Shown here: positions 1 through 9,535 of the stretch, one piece after another
Numbering within the stretch: the first letter of the stretch is position 1
How the letters are laid out: the number at the start of each line of letters is the position of its first letter
Assembly (NCBI GenBank): GCA_013619145.1
Contig: JABXKR010000309.1
Location: 2,744 to 66,743, forward strand
Length of the DNA: 64,000 bases
Reading direction: 5' to 3'
Source: Psychromonas sp.
Lineage (GTDB): Bacteria; Pseudomonadota; Gammaproteobacteria; Enterobacterales; Psychromonadaceae
Notes under the pieces: generated by a model
Database searches by the model: none
What the model saw: the letters and a program-made list of their open reading frames with translations, nothing else
What the model was told of the DNA's origin: nothing
Translations under genes and position numbers: made by a program

Positions 1-989
1 CTAAAAATAAACGCCCAAAACAGCGTTACATTAATGCTCTCTTTTAATTTACTTAAACAGCGATTGCCAATATTTTTCCCCACTAAGGCTTCCACAGCAT
101 AAGCAAGACCATCCATAGAGAAAGAGATCAGCAATAAAAAGTGCATCAACACTGAATTAGCAGAAACCACATCATCACCAAGTTTTACCCCCTGCATGGT
201 CATAAATGCATAAGTAACCTGCAGACATAAGGTGCGGATAAAAATATCGCGGTTTAATGCGATAAAAGAGTTTAGGGAATGAAGGTCAATCAGTTGCTTT
301 AACAACCTTGTAAAGTCGCCTGTTTGATAGAAGGGCTTGATCATCTTAGAGACTGCAAATAAGCCGCAGATTAAAGCGATGTAATCAGCAGATAACGACG
401 CCCACGCCACACCTGCAACTTGCCATTGAAAAACGACTACAAAAAGCACACTTAAGAATATATTTACTAAGTTGGTAATAATCAGCAGAAACATCGGTAC
501 TTTGGCATTTTGCATACCTAATAACCAACCAAGCAAAACCATATTAATTAACGCTGCTGGCGCACTCCAGATACGGATAGCAAAATACTGTTTGCCATAT
601 AAAAGTACCTGTTCACTGCCATCTACAAAATGAAAAACCAGTGATGAGAGCGGGTTTTGCAGCAGTAATAAAACCGCTGCCAATAGTAAAGCTATCAGGA
701 CAGATTGTAATAAAAGGCGCAAAATTTGTTGAAAATCATTAGCACCATAGGCCTGCGCAACAAGCCCTGTGGTCGACATACGTAAAAAAACCAGCCCCCA
801 AAAAAGCAGGGTTACAACCATTGAGCCAACAGCAACACCAGCTAAATAATATGATTCAGGCAGATGACCAATCACAGCAGTATCCACTAAACCCAGTAGT
901 GGCACACTGATATTTGAAAGCATCATAGGAAGTGCTATTGCGAAGATTTTCTGGTGCGTTGAAAAGTTCAAACAGATAGTTTTTATCAT
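1..989 (-). CDS. dinF: MATE family efflux transporter DinF (3' end outside window)
   Basis: Manual translation from ATG at 989: MIKTICLNFSTHQKIFAIALPMMLSNISVPLLGLVDTAVIGHL, the DinF N-terminal signature; lies downstream of lexA as in E. coli. Confidence 0.9.
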   Translation of the reverse strand, partial: MIKTICLNFSTHQKIFAIALPMMLSNISVPLLGLVDTAVIGHLPESYYLAGVAVGSMVVTLLFWGLVFLRMSTTGLVAQAYGANDFQQILRLLLQSVLIALLLAAVLLLLQNPLSSLVFHFVDGSEQVLLYGKQYFAIRIWSAPAALINMVLLGWLLGMQNAKVPMFLLIITNLVNIFLSVLFVVVFQWQVAGVAWASLSADYIALICGLFAVSKMIKPFYQTGDFTRLLKQLIDLHSLNSFIALNRDIFIRTLCLQVTYAFMTMQGVKLGDDVVSANSVLMHFLLLISFSMDGLAYAVEALVGKNIGNRCLSKLKESINVTLFWAFIF

Positions 990-994
990 TAATA

Positions 995-1366
995 TTAATT
1001 CTGAATGGGCAGCAGTTTTTCTATTTTAAATAATAATTCTGCTATTTCAAAAGGAATTGTCATGCAAGCATCAACCTGAATTGCACGTGCGGCAATTTCC
1101 TGCTCACCTAACGGTTGATCAACTAAAACAATAACGGGGGTAAATCGACTTTGAGAATGATTCTTTAACAGCTCGCTCAGAGTTAAGCCATCAATTAAGG
1201 GTAAATTTAAACTGGTGATAACAAGATCCACCTCGTTTTCAACAATAAAATCTAAAGCTGATTGACCATTAGCAACTGATTCAACCTGATACTTTTTTTG
1301 TAATAACGCAAATTCAATGGAATCTCGTAAGGAGGTTGATCCTGTGGCTAATAATATAACTTTCAT
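995..1366 (-). CDS. Single-domain CheY-like receiver protein, atypical
   Basis: Receiver fold pattern (VDLVITSLNLPLIDGL, TPVIVL); the phosphoacceptor Asp appears replaced by Ser (ITS) and the KP motif by IP. Confidence 0.75.
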   Translation of the reverse strand: MKVILLATGSTSLRDSIEFALLQKKYQVESVANGQSALDFIVENEVDLVITSLNLPLIDGLTLSELLKNHSQSRFTPVIVLVDQPLGEQEIAARAIQVDACMTIPFEIAELLFKIEKLLPIQN

Positions 1367-1423
1367 AATCCCCCAAGCTTAATCAATATTGACGATAGTA
1401 TAATCATTAAATACAAGGCTCAT

Positions 1424-2059
1424 TTATTGCCAGTTTTGATAGATGTGATGAATATCTTCGACCATTAAATCCATATCCACATGGGCAATACCGTTTTCAT
1501 TCACTACAGCCTGAAATGTAGCATGGTGTTCACCTTGGGGATTAATAAGCACAAGTGAAGCACTATGATCGATTAAGTAATATTGATCTAACTCCTGATC
1601 AACAATGCTGTATACCAGGCCTAAATCCTGGGCAAAAGGAAATAGTTGCTGATGTGTACTGGTTACCCCTTTAAAGTCAGGGTTAAAGTAGTTTACATAT
1701 TCAGCTAAATGGTCAGCTTTATCACGGTTAGGATCAACTGAAACAAAAACGATCTGAATATTATTATATGGCGGCCTGGTTAACTCAGGGTAGATACGGT
1801 CAATATCTGCTAATGTTGTCGGACAAATATCAGGACAGTAAGTGTAACCGATAAAAAATAGTGTCCACTTATTTAATAAATCTTGGTTATCAAATTTATC
1901 ATCCGTTAACATTGCAAACGAAAAGGGGGGTAAAAGCTTGCCCTTTTCCTGGAGTAATAAAGAGGGGTTACTGGAAAAAGAGCCCGTAAATTGTGTCTGT
2001 CCCAACACAAAAAACAACACAAAAAGAACACTAAAAACAACCAATAACCCTTTTTTCAT
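1424..2059 (-). CDS. SCO1/SenC family copper chaperone
   Basis: GYTYCPDICP motif, VSVDPNRD, DHSASLVLINP; N-terminal membrane anchor. Confidence 0.92.
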   Translation of the reverse strand: MKKGLLVVFSVLFVLFFVLGQTQFTGSFSSNPSLLLQEKGKLLPPFSFAMLTDDKFDNQDLLNKWTLFFIGYTYCPDICPTTLADIDRIYPELTRPPYNNIQIVFVSVDPNRDKADHLAEYVNYFNPDFKGVTSTHQQLFPFAQDLGLVYSIVDQELDQYYLIDHSASLVLINPQGEHHATFQAVVNENGIAHVDMDLMVEDIHHIYQNWQ

Positions 2060-2062
2060 TTT

Positions 2063-2433
2063 TTACATCCAATCTGCAGTACGAATCACGCCAACAGCAA
2101 TACCTTCAATATTGAATAAATGGCTGATATTCCAAACTTTCTTACATCCAATCTGCAGTACGAATCGCCCCAAGAGTTATACCTTCAATATCAAATAAAT
2201 GGCTGATATTCCAAACTTTCTTTACATCCAATCCGCGGTACGAATCACACCAACAGCAATACCTTCAATATTGAATAAATGGCTGATATTCCAAACTTTC
2301 TTACATCCAATCCGCTGTACGAATCACGCCAACAGCAATACCTTCAATATTGAATAAATAGCTGATATTCCAAACTTTCTTACATCCAATCCGCTGTACG
2401 AATCACGCCAACAGCAATACCTTCAATATTGAA
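2063..2433 (-). repeat. Tandem array of the lexA 3' end, 79-80 bp period, four extra copies
   Basis: ttacatccaat starts at 2063, 2142, 2222, 2301 and 2380 (native gene end); unit = last 54 nt of lexA plus a 25-nt linker. Confidence 0.97.
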
Positions 2434-3009
2434 CGACTGATATTCCAAATCCACTTTAATTGGCTCAAATTGAGAGTTTTCAGCTTTCAAAATCACCTGA
2501 CTGCCTTCACGGTAAAAACGTTTAACGGTTACGTCATCTTCAACACGCGCCACAACCACCTGACCGTTATTGATATCTTGAGTTTTATGCACAGCCAATA
2601 AATCACCATCCATAATACCAATATCTTTCATGCTCTCGCCCTGTACACGCAATAAAAAATCAGCACCAGGGTGAAATAATGAAGGATCGACATTATAGTG
2701 CGCTTCAATATTCTCTTGCGCTAAAATAGGCTCTCCCGCGGCTACCATACCGACTAAAGGTAACCCATCATCAACAGCTTCTTCATATTGTTTATGAGCT
2801 CCTAGAATACGAATACCACGAGATGTGCCCGATAAAATTTCAATCGCACCTTTACGTGCTAGCGCTTTAAGATGTTCTTCAGCGGCATTCGCACTACGAA
2901 AACCTAGAATTTTCGCTAATTCCACACGTGTTGGAGGCATTCCGGTTTTTTCGATGCAGTCTTTAATCACATCCAAGACTTCACTTTGACGTTTGGTTAA
3001 CTCTTTCAT
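2380..3009 (-). CDS. lexA: SOS repressor LexA
   Basis: [22 protein letters not shown] cleavage site, GESM catalytic Ser, TVKR catalytic Lys. Confidence 0.98.
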   Translation of the reverse strand: MKELTKRQSEVLDVIKDCIEKTGMPPTRVELAKILGFRSANAAEEHLKALARKGAIEILSGTSRGIRILGAHKQYEEAVDDGLPLVGMVAAGEPILAQENIEAHYNVDPSLFHPGADFLLRVQGESMKDIGIMDGDLLAVHKTQDINNGQVVVARVEDDVTVKRFYREGSQVILKAENSQFEPIKVDLEYQSFNIEGIAVGVIRTADWM

Positions 3010-3024
3010 AATTCCCCCACAAAA

Positions 3025-3055
3025 CTGTAAATATACACAGTGTATATCTATACAC
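3025..3055. promoter_or_regulatory. LexA (SOS) boxes upstream of lexA
   Basis: CTGT-AAATATAC-ACAG at 3025-3040 (perfect CTGT-N8-ACAG) and adjacent degenerate GTGT-ATATCTAT-ACAC at 3040-3055. Confidence 0.85.
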
Positions 3056-3143
3056 GGATTTATACTAGCTACGGTAAATAATTTTTATAAAATAAAAGCA
3101 AAATATGTAAGCCGATGCTTTCATTATCCCGAGTTGAGGTTAT

Positions 3144-3599
3144 TTATTGGTAAACAATATCCCGGTACATCAACCAGCCCGACCTTTTGGGATTAGCAGC
3201 CTCATAATGAGTTGATAAGATCATACCACCCTTATGATTCCACTTATAAATACCGCTAAACTGCAGCACTTCACCCACTTTTAAATCAACCACGGGTTTA
3301 GCTATCTCGATATTGTGTTTAATGATCAGTTTTCTGCCTGAATTTAATCGAATTAAGATTTGTTGCGCAGCATAGGGAGTACTCTGATTATCTAATATTT
3401 TTACAATTCGCCCAAGGCTAGTTACCTGCATACCACCGCGTTGCTGTTTGTAAGCAAACTCAATATGCTCAACACCATCCAGCTGTTTTTCCATTTCACT
3501 ATTATGATCATTATAAAGTGCATTTAGCTCATCTTTATCATCTGAAAAACAAGCGCATAGCATAAAACAAAATGGTAACAGCAAGAGTAGCTTTTTCAT
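3144..3599 (-). CDS. DUF3465-like lipoprotein
   Basis: Lipobox-like LCAC; GRIVKIL, LIIKHNI, YKWNHKGG and GWL motifs. Confidence 0.65.
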   Translation of the reverse strand: MKKLLLLLPFCFMLCACFSDDKDELNALYNDHNSEMEKQLDGVEHIEFAYKQQRGGMQVTSLGRIVKILDNQSTPYAAQQILIRLNSGRKLIIKHNIEIAKPVVDLKVGEVLQFSGIYKWNHKGGMILSTHYEAANPKRSGWLMYRDIVYQ

Positions 3600-3603
3600 T
3601 ACG

Positions 3604-4356
3604 TTACAGCTTGCCTGTAAAGTTTACCGGTGTAGCACCCGATTGATCTTGAGTTCCAATCCACGACAATGCCTGTTTGATCGAAGGATCGAGTTTATTG
3701 CCAGCTTTAATTGAGCCTTGTAGCTGATAAACGCCCCCCTCTTTTAACAGAAGATTAAACGTACTGGTAAGTTGTTCAGACTGCTGTTGCAAATCAGCGC
3801 TCACTTGACCATTTTCACAACTCAAATCAATATTTGGCGATGCTAAATCGACATTCCCCATATCACTATTAATCTTGGCATTTTGCCAAACAATATAACC
3901 ATCGAGTTGCTGACAATAAGGTAAACCTTGCGAGGCTTTTTTTATTACCAAAGAGAGATCACCACTGGCCTCAACCGGCAGTGGTAAACTGAGATAAGAA
4001 AGCAGTTCAGGCGCACTTAAATCAACAACAAAATTTTCAACAGAGATACCGGAAAAACCAAGCAGGATAAAACCTTTTCCTGACATAGCTTTACTGCCAT
4101 TGTTAAATTTAAGATCTAATTTTAACTGCAAACTCGTCAATGCAAGCCAGTCAACTTTCCAGTCAACTTGCTGCAAATGGTACTTTTTTTTATAAGTTAA
4201 CTGAAAGGCTTTTCCTTGCCACACTGAGCCGGAAACAGCCGCCACTTCCATCCCTGAATTTTCAGGAATAAAACGCATAACCGTGCTTACTGGTAATGTA
4301 ATCAGCAGTGACAATAGATAGAACAATAGAAATAGTAAAATAAGTTTGATTTTCAT
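3604..4356 (-). CDS. gspN: Type II secretion protein N
   Basis: N-terminal TM, SGSVWQG motif, last gene of the gsp cluster. Confidence 0.88.
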   Translation of the reverse strand: MKIKLILLFLLFYLLSLLITLPVSTVMRFIPENSGMEVAAVSGSVWQGKAFQLTYKKKYHLQQVDWKVDWLALTSLQLKLDLKFNNGSKAMSGKGFILLGFSGISVENFVVDLSAPELLSYLSLPLPVEASGDLSLVIKKASQGLPYCQQLDGYIVWQNAKINSDMGNVDLASPNIDLSCENGQVSADLQQQSEQLTSTFNLLLKEGGVYQLQGSIKAGNKLDPSIKQALSWIGTQDQSGATPVNFTGKL

Positions 4357-4386
4357 AAAGGTAATTTCTTTTTATAGTATGCCAAT

Positions 4387-4649
4387 ATACCCAAACTATT
4401 TGAAAATGCAGATTCAGAGCCTAGCTCGGATGTCAGAACAAGGCACAATATGCAGAGAATGGTTATTCCCTTTTCAAATATTGTAACGCGGTGCTGGCTT
4501 TCGAGCTATGCTCCCGTTGGGCAAGGCGAGAGGCAACCATCTTCAGCGTTATAAAACCTTGATGTGGAATGCTAGATCTTCGGCTTTATGCCTTGAATCT
4601 AGTCACCTCTCGACTTGCTGATTCCTGCATCTTCAAGTAGCTTGGGTAT
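4387..4649. mobile_element. 263-bp ERIC-like MITE
   Basis: Terminal inverted repeats ATACCCAAACTATTTGAAAATGCAG and CTGCATCTTCAAGTAGCTTGGGTAT (3 mismatches in 25), resembling ERIC termini; internal hairpins; non-coding. Confidence 0.82.
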
Positions 4650-4653
4650 TATA

Positions 4654-5136
4654 TTAATAACCAAGTAATAAACGATTAATTTTGATGTGACCCTCTTTAT
4701 CCATTCTTGACAAATCGGTATTGATAACGGACACAGAATGCTGATTATTTAAGCTTGTTAACCAGTCAATAAAGCGGCCAAATTCAACATCAGTGATCCA
4801 CACTTCGAGCTGCTGTTTTTTATTCACAATGCGTGAAAACTTGATGCCATGTTGCCTGGCACTTTTATTAACAACTTGCGTTAAGCTTAATTTTTTACTG
4901 CTTACTTTCTGTTTAGCCACCCCGGCTTGCACCAATACAACCGCTTTATCCTGCACCCAACTCAATGTTTGCTCAGCACGGCTCAACTCCTTTTTGCTCT
5001 GTTGCAACTGGTTTGCTAACGGCTTCCAAGCGCCCCAGTAAACAATGGCCAGCAATAAAAAAGCAGCACTGACTAATGACAGTTGTTGTTCTCTTTCGGA
5101 AATACTTTTCCACCAATCTTTAAACTGTTCAGTCAT
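4654..5136 (-). CDS. gspM: Type II secretion protein M
   Basis: WWKSISEREQ, TM, WKPL; position after gspL. Confidence 0.92.
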   Translation of the reverse strand: MTEQFKDWWKSISEREQQLSLVSAAFLLLAIVYWGAWKPLANQLQQSKKELSRAEQTLSWVQDKAVVLVQAGVAKQKVSSKKLSLTQVVNKSARQHGIKFSRIVNKKQQLEVWITDVEFGRFIDWLTSLNNQHSVSVINTDLSRMDKEGHIKINRLLLGY

Positions 5137-6332
5137 TATCTTTTCCTTATTGTTAGCAAACCGCTAACACGATCTTTACTGCTATTAAGTGCGCCTTGCT
5201 CCACGCTGAAATGCTTAGGTATTGAATCGGTGAATTTTTCAAATGATTGGAAGTTATTACCACTGACTAAAATTCGCATCTCAAGTTTTTTTCTATCAAA
5301 TTTAAGGCTAGTCGCTTCAAGCTCCGGATTATTTACAAAAGCAGGTAGTAACTCATTAAGCATCGATAAAAAACCGGATTCAGCAACACCGCCATCTAAG
5401 CCAAGCAACATGCTTTTAAGTTTTTTCTTAATACGTGCGTATTTTAATTTATCCTGCAAAGGGAATGCTTGTTTATAAACAGCTTCAACTTGCTGTTTAA
5501 CTAACAGGGTTTGTTTTTCTACCTGCATATTTTTCAGATAAAGGTTAAACATCAGGAAAACAAACAAGACGGCGGTTAAAACAGCTGGAATTCGCCACTT
5601 TTCAAGTTGTTTATTACTCTCTTTTTTCGGTTTAAATTCCCCCGTTAGCAGGTTTATTTTATTATTCAGGGTTCCTTTTGCCAGTAACTCCATTGGTAAC
5701 ATGGCATCACTATTAGTCCACTGGCCAACAGTGCTTTCAGGGAACGGGCTGTAACTTTCGATCTGCTGTGATAAATTCTCTTCGAGTTTACTCTCTAATA
5801 TAAAGTCAAGCATTGTTTCCTCACAGCTCCAAGCAAGGTCATGACTCTCTCTGATTATCCACTGCTTTTCGAGCTGCAGCGCCTGCCACTTTCCGTCAAC
5901 ACAAGGCAGGGTTAAACCTTCAGGGATCAACTGTTTGCAGCTTATCTGTGCGGCCTCTAACCAGTTCAGCCAAGTTGATATTTTCTGTTTGTCACAAATC
6001 GCGACATGCAGTAAATCTGTCTGTTTTGCGATAACAGAAAAGTGTAATTTTTCTACATCAGATGCCAGCTCTTCTTCCACCAGATAGGGTAACGCCTGTT
6101 GCATTTGACGATTAAAAACACCGTTAATAGTGATCGCTTTAATGCACACATCCACACCGGGCAGCAAACAGATAACAGCACGTTGCTGTGCTTTTTCGCT
6201 TAATAAATTTAATTGCTGCGCATTATCAACCTGTCCTGAGGCAATAATTTCATTTTCACTATCTGACCATATAAGCCAATGATTTTTCTGCGAAGCTTCA
6301 CTTGCTAAGCGGATTATTAATCGTTCAGTCAC
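5136..6332 (-). CDS. gspL: Type II secretion protein L
   Basis: TERLIIRL, QALPYLVEEELASDVE, INLLTGEF; likely GTG start at 6332 after GGAG. Confidence 0.93.
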   Translation of the reverse strand: MTERLIIRLASEASQKNHWLIWSDSENEIIASGQVDNAQQLNLLSEKAQQRAVICLLPGVDVCIKAITINGVFNRQMQQALPYLVEEELASDVEKLHFSVIAKQTDLLHVAICDKQKISTWLNWLEAAQISCKQLIPEGLTLPCVDGKWQALQLEKQWIIRESHDLAWSCEETMLDFILESKLEENLSQQIESYSPFPESTVGQWTNSDAMLPMELLAKGTLNNKINLLTGEFKPKKESNKQLEKWRIPAVLTAVLFVFLMFNLYLKNMQVEKQTLLVKQQVEAVYKQAFPLQDKLKYARIKKKLKSMLLGLDGGVAESGFLSMLNELLPAFVNNPELEATSLKFDRKKLEMRILVSGNNFQSFEKFTDSIPKHFSVEQGALNSSKDRVSGLLTIRKR

Positions 6333-6398
6333 CAACAATCTCCATCATACCCGTCGTTGTTACGGCGCGTATTATCCATTTATTCTGTAACACTAAGT

Positions 6399-7288
6399 TC
6401 ATTTAAATCCACCAGATTGATAACGGATCACTTTTGCCTTTTTAGCGTCAATTTTAAATAAAAGCTTAACTGTCAGTAAGCGTTCTTCAAATTCAACAAT
6501 ACCGTTTAATTGAAACAACCACTCGTTGGGCGATCATCTAGTAATTTTTGGAAATCAGAGACAGTAAGATCATGCTCTCTCTTAAACAAGGCATATAAAA
6601 TTTCAGGCTGCTCCACACTCACGGTATTAACATTAATAATCAGATCCTGTGAGGGAACTGCACATAAATAGGGCGCTATTTTTTCATATACTTTTTGCCC
6701 CACCCCCTGCACCGCTCGAAGTTCACTGATATCAACCATTAAATTATTTGCGGCTAAATGGGCAACACTTCGCCCTTGATAAAAACTATCTTCTGCACCT
6801 TGAGCGGCATCGCTTTTATCATCTGGATCAACCCAGTCCCGCGTCGATTCGGCAACCATCTCGGCTTTGTAATCATTTAAGCCGATAGCTTCTAATAAAT
6901 ATTGGAATTGGCTTACCGGCACGGCAGGCGTATTACCCTGGTCTTGCAGACCAACAGCATTAACATTAAAACAACTGCGCTGATCTTTAATCTGCCCGGC
7001 CAGATTACCGTTATCAAGCGGGAATACCATATCTGGTGTTGCCCATATTTGATCCAAGCTCACCACCTCACTATCAGCAAAATCCTGATCTAAAATCATT
7101 CTTCCTAAATCTGCCGAGGCCTGCCCGTACCAATATACTTTTTGCGAAAAAGTTAACCCCTCAGTACGCTTTAAACTTAACGTTAAACGTCCGGTCATAG
7201 TCGCTGCAATAGTTACCATGATGGCCAAAATCATTAAAACTGTAATTAAAGCGATACCACCTTGTTTTTTCTTATTAACTACAGCCAT
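6399..7288 (-). pseudogene. gspK: Minor pseudopilin GspK with internal deletion and frameshift
   Basis: QGGIALITVLMIL prepilin start; ORF stops at 6506 after DRPTSG; a GspK-like C-terminus FQLNGIVEFEERLLTVKLLFKIDAKKAKVIRYQSGGFK continues in another frame to TGA at 6399-6401. Confidence 0.8.
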
Positions 7289-7926
7289 TATTGAATAACC
7301 TCACCAGCGGAGATTAAAAAAACACGACGAATTTCAGAATAATGTTTGCTGGTAAAGTTAATTTCGATACCTGTTGGCAGCTTTTTTTCAGGCTCCCATG
7401 TGCTTTGCCAACCATTATTCCAAAAACGGAAACTGAGTTTTTCAATATTATTTAATAATACCTGCACTTCCGGCTCTTGCCCTGCCACTAAATCAGGGTA
7501 AAGAAAATACAAACGTTGTAATTGCCCCTCTTGTAGTCGATAACGTACCCGTAAAATATTAGAACGAGGCAGTAAACCAAGCGGGTTTTGCCAACCTAGA
7601 CGGTTAAATTCAATGCCCTGATCTTCTGAGTCAAACAGTGAACTGCCCGCTGTGATAACCCGTAATTTATCTTGTTCCCCACTCTCATCCCGCGAGGTTC
7701 GCGCCACAATTTGGGTAAAGTCCTGTTCAATAATAAGCATTGCTCGTTGCAGTTGCGTCAATGACTCACTGTGCTCTTTGCTTATCTCACCACTGCGTAA
7801 AACACCTTGTAATACCTGATAAGCGGTCAGGCTTAACATCGCAAAAATTGCGATAGCAATTAACACTTCAAGTAGTGTAAAGCCTTTGCTTAAAGAGCTG
7901 GAGAATGAAAAGTTACTATTTCGCAA
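7288..7926 (-). CDS. gspJ: Minor pseudopilin GspJ
   Basis: KGFTLLEVLIAIAIFA, LQRAMLIIEQDFTQ, GWQNP. Confidence 0.95.
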   Translation of the reverse strand: MRNSNFSFSSSLSKGFTLLEVLIAIAIFAMLSLTAYQVLQGVLRSGEISKEHSESLTQLQRAMLIIEQDFTQIVARTSRDESGEQDKLRVITAGSSLFDSEDQGIEFNRLGWQNPLGLLPRSNILRVRYRLQEGQLQRLYFLYPDLVAGQEPEVQVLLNNIEKLSFRFWNNGWQSTWEPEKKLPTGIEINFTSKHYSEIRRVFLISAGEVIQ

Positions 7927-8299
7927 TGTAGGTCCTAATATAAGCTAGTGCGCTACCCTCTTTCTGAGCACTCACTTCAATATCCAATGCTTTAAAGTTG
8001 CTATCACCTGTTTCCACCGTTTGATAACGTAAATGCCAGCTGTTTCCGGCAAACTCTTCTGTGTCATTTTGCCAGCTTGATGATGGCCACTTCTTTTGCA
8101 ATTTCAATTCCACCAAACGGTTACTTGCAACCCATAGAGCAAAGGTTTTATCTTGCAGATAAGCTTGATTATTTAACGCTTCAGAAGCTGATTTCATCAC
8201 AGCTAAACCGGACGTCGCCAAAATAACCAGCGCAAGCATCACCTCAAGCAATGTCATGCCCTGTTGTTTTACTGCTGTTATTTTCAACCTTGATTTCAT
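7916..8299 (-). CDS. gspI: Minor pseudopilin GspI
   Basis: QGMTLLEVMLALVIL, ALWVASNRL. Confidence 0.95.
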   Translation of the reverse strand: MKSRLKITAVKQQGMTLLEVMLALVILATSGLAVMKSASEALNNQAYLQDKTFALWVASNRLVELKLQKKWPSSSWQNDTEEFAGNSWHLRYQTVETGDSNFKALDIEVSAQKEGSALAYIRTYIAK

Positions 8300-8479
8300 T
8301 GTTTTTCTAACTCAGATAAGCTTGATTATTTAACGCTTCAGAAGCTGATTTCATCACAGCTAAACCAGACGTCGCCAAAATAACCAGCGCAAGCATCACC
8401 TCAAGCAATGTCATGCCCTGTTGTTTTACTGCTGTTGTTTTCAACCTTGATTTCATTGTTTTTCTAACTCAGATAAGCT
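8156..8479. repeat. 157-bp tandem duplication spanning the gspH end and gspI start
   Basis: 8156-8312 matches 8313-8469 with 2 differences; CAGATAAGCT occurs at 8156, 8313 and 8470. Confidence 0.95.
8307..8456 (-). pseudogene. Truncated 49-aa GspI copy (leader and N-terminal helix only)
   Basis: ATG at 8456 overlaps the gspH stop; MKSRLKTTAVKQQGMTLLEVMLALVILATSGLAVMKSASEALNNQAYLS then TAG. Confidence 0.8.
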
Positions 8480-9055
8480 GATAGCACCGTTCATACTTAC
8501 AGAAACAGTGATCGATTGTGCTTCAGAGCTGCTTTCACCGGCAGAAAATTCAAGTGAAAAAGGTGTCACTTCACCACTCGACATCACATATACCTGCGGT
8601 GTTAAACTGAGGATTTTGTCATCCCCTTCAATATCAACAAGGTAATCATCGTCAATAAAGTCATCCTGCTCATCGGTTACTATCTCATCCCAGACTGAGC
8701 CGGATAAAACATATTCAATTTTAAGCGATTCAGGTAGTTCAACTAGCCCTTCAATCTGCTTGCTGACCACAGGTAGCCACTTTTTACTTTTATAATCGTA
8801 AAAAGCAAATTGGTAGCCGTTTTTCTCAAAAACCAAGCCCAGCTCAATACCGGAAATAAGCGCTTCATCTTCGGCAAACTGTAACAGAGTACTAAAGCGT
8901 TGCGCCTGCCAGTCTACGTTTTCTTCCGAGGTTAAGTTATCGGGCAGTGTCATCACTACCCCAACCGATATCATCCCCATTAATAACAAAACCAACATAA
9001 TTTCAAGCAGTGTGAAACCATATTGGTAGTGATTTTTTAGCGGAATTTTAAACAC
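8453..9055 (-). CDS. gspH: Minor pseudopilin GspH
   Basis: YGFTLLEIMLVLLL, PQVYVMSSGEVTPF. Confidence 0.93.
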   Translation of the reverse strand: MFKIPLKNHYQYGFTLLEIMLVLLLMGMISVGVVMTLPDNLTSEENVDWQAQRFSTLLQFAEDEALISGIELGLVFEKNGYQFAFYDYKSKKWLPVVSKQIEGLVELPESLKIEYVLSGSVWDEIVTDEQDDFIDDDYLVDIEGDDKILSLTPQVYVMSSGEVTPFSLEFSAGESSSEAQSITVSVSMNGAISLSELEKQ

Positions 9056-9066
9056 TGACCCAATGC

Positions 9067-9498
9067 CTATTTTTTCGCATCTAGATTCCAGGTACCAATA
9101 TCGTCATCAGTCCCTTCTTCACCATCTGGCCCCACAGATAACACATCAATTTTACCGTGCTCACCCGGGCTGTTTAGAATGTAATCATTACCCCACGGAT
9201 CTTGTGGAAGGCGTTTGATGTAACCATCTTCACGATAATTACGAGGCTCTGGTGAGCCACTTGGCTCTTCAGTTAACGCTTCAAGTCCCTGCTCAGTAGT
9301 TGGGTATACCCCATTATCTAATTTATACATATCTAATGAGTTTTCTAATGCGATCACATCTGATACTACTTTTTGGCGATCCGCTTTATCTTTGTTACCC
9401 ATTAAGTTTGGTACAACCATCGACGCTAAAACGCCCAAGATAACGATTACCACCATAATCTCTAGTAAGGTAAAACCTTTTTGTTGCTTATTTTTCAT
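9067..9498 (-). CDS. gspG: Major pseudopilin GspG
   Basis: KGFTLLEIMVVIVILG, YPTTEQGLEAL, RLPQDPWGN. Confidence 0.98.
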   Translation of the reverse strand: MKNKQQKGFTLLEIMVVIVILGVLASMVVPNLMGNKDKADRQKVVSDVIALENSLDMYKLDNGVYPTTEQGLEALTEEPSGSPEPRNYREDGYIKRLPQDPWGNDYILNSPGEHGKIDVLSVGPDGEEGTDDDIGTWNLDAKK

Positions 9499-9535
9499 GA
9501 TATTCCCCTTTATATTTTGTTATTAGAAGTACCGG

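Noticed and set aside
1938-2198. 86-aa plus-strand ORF
   Set aside because: Antisense read-through of the SCO start and the lexA repeat array
2063-2433. CRISPR array call for the lexA repeats (also the gspF repeats at 9536-9780)
   Set aside because: Units are contiguous copies of the host gene end with no unique spacers, and no cas genes are present
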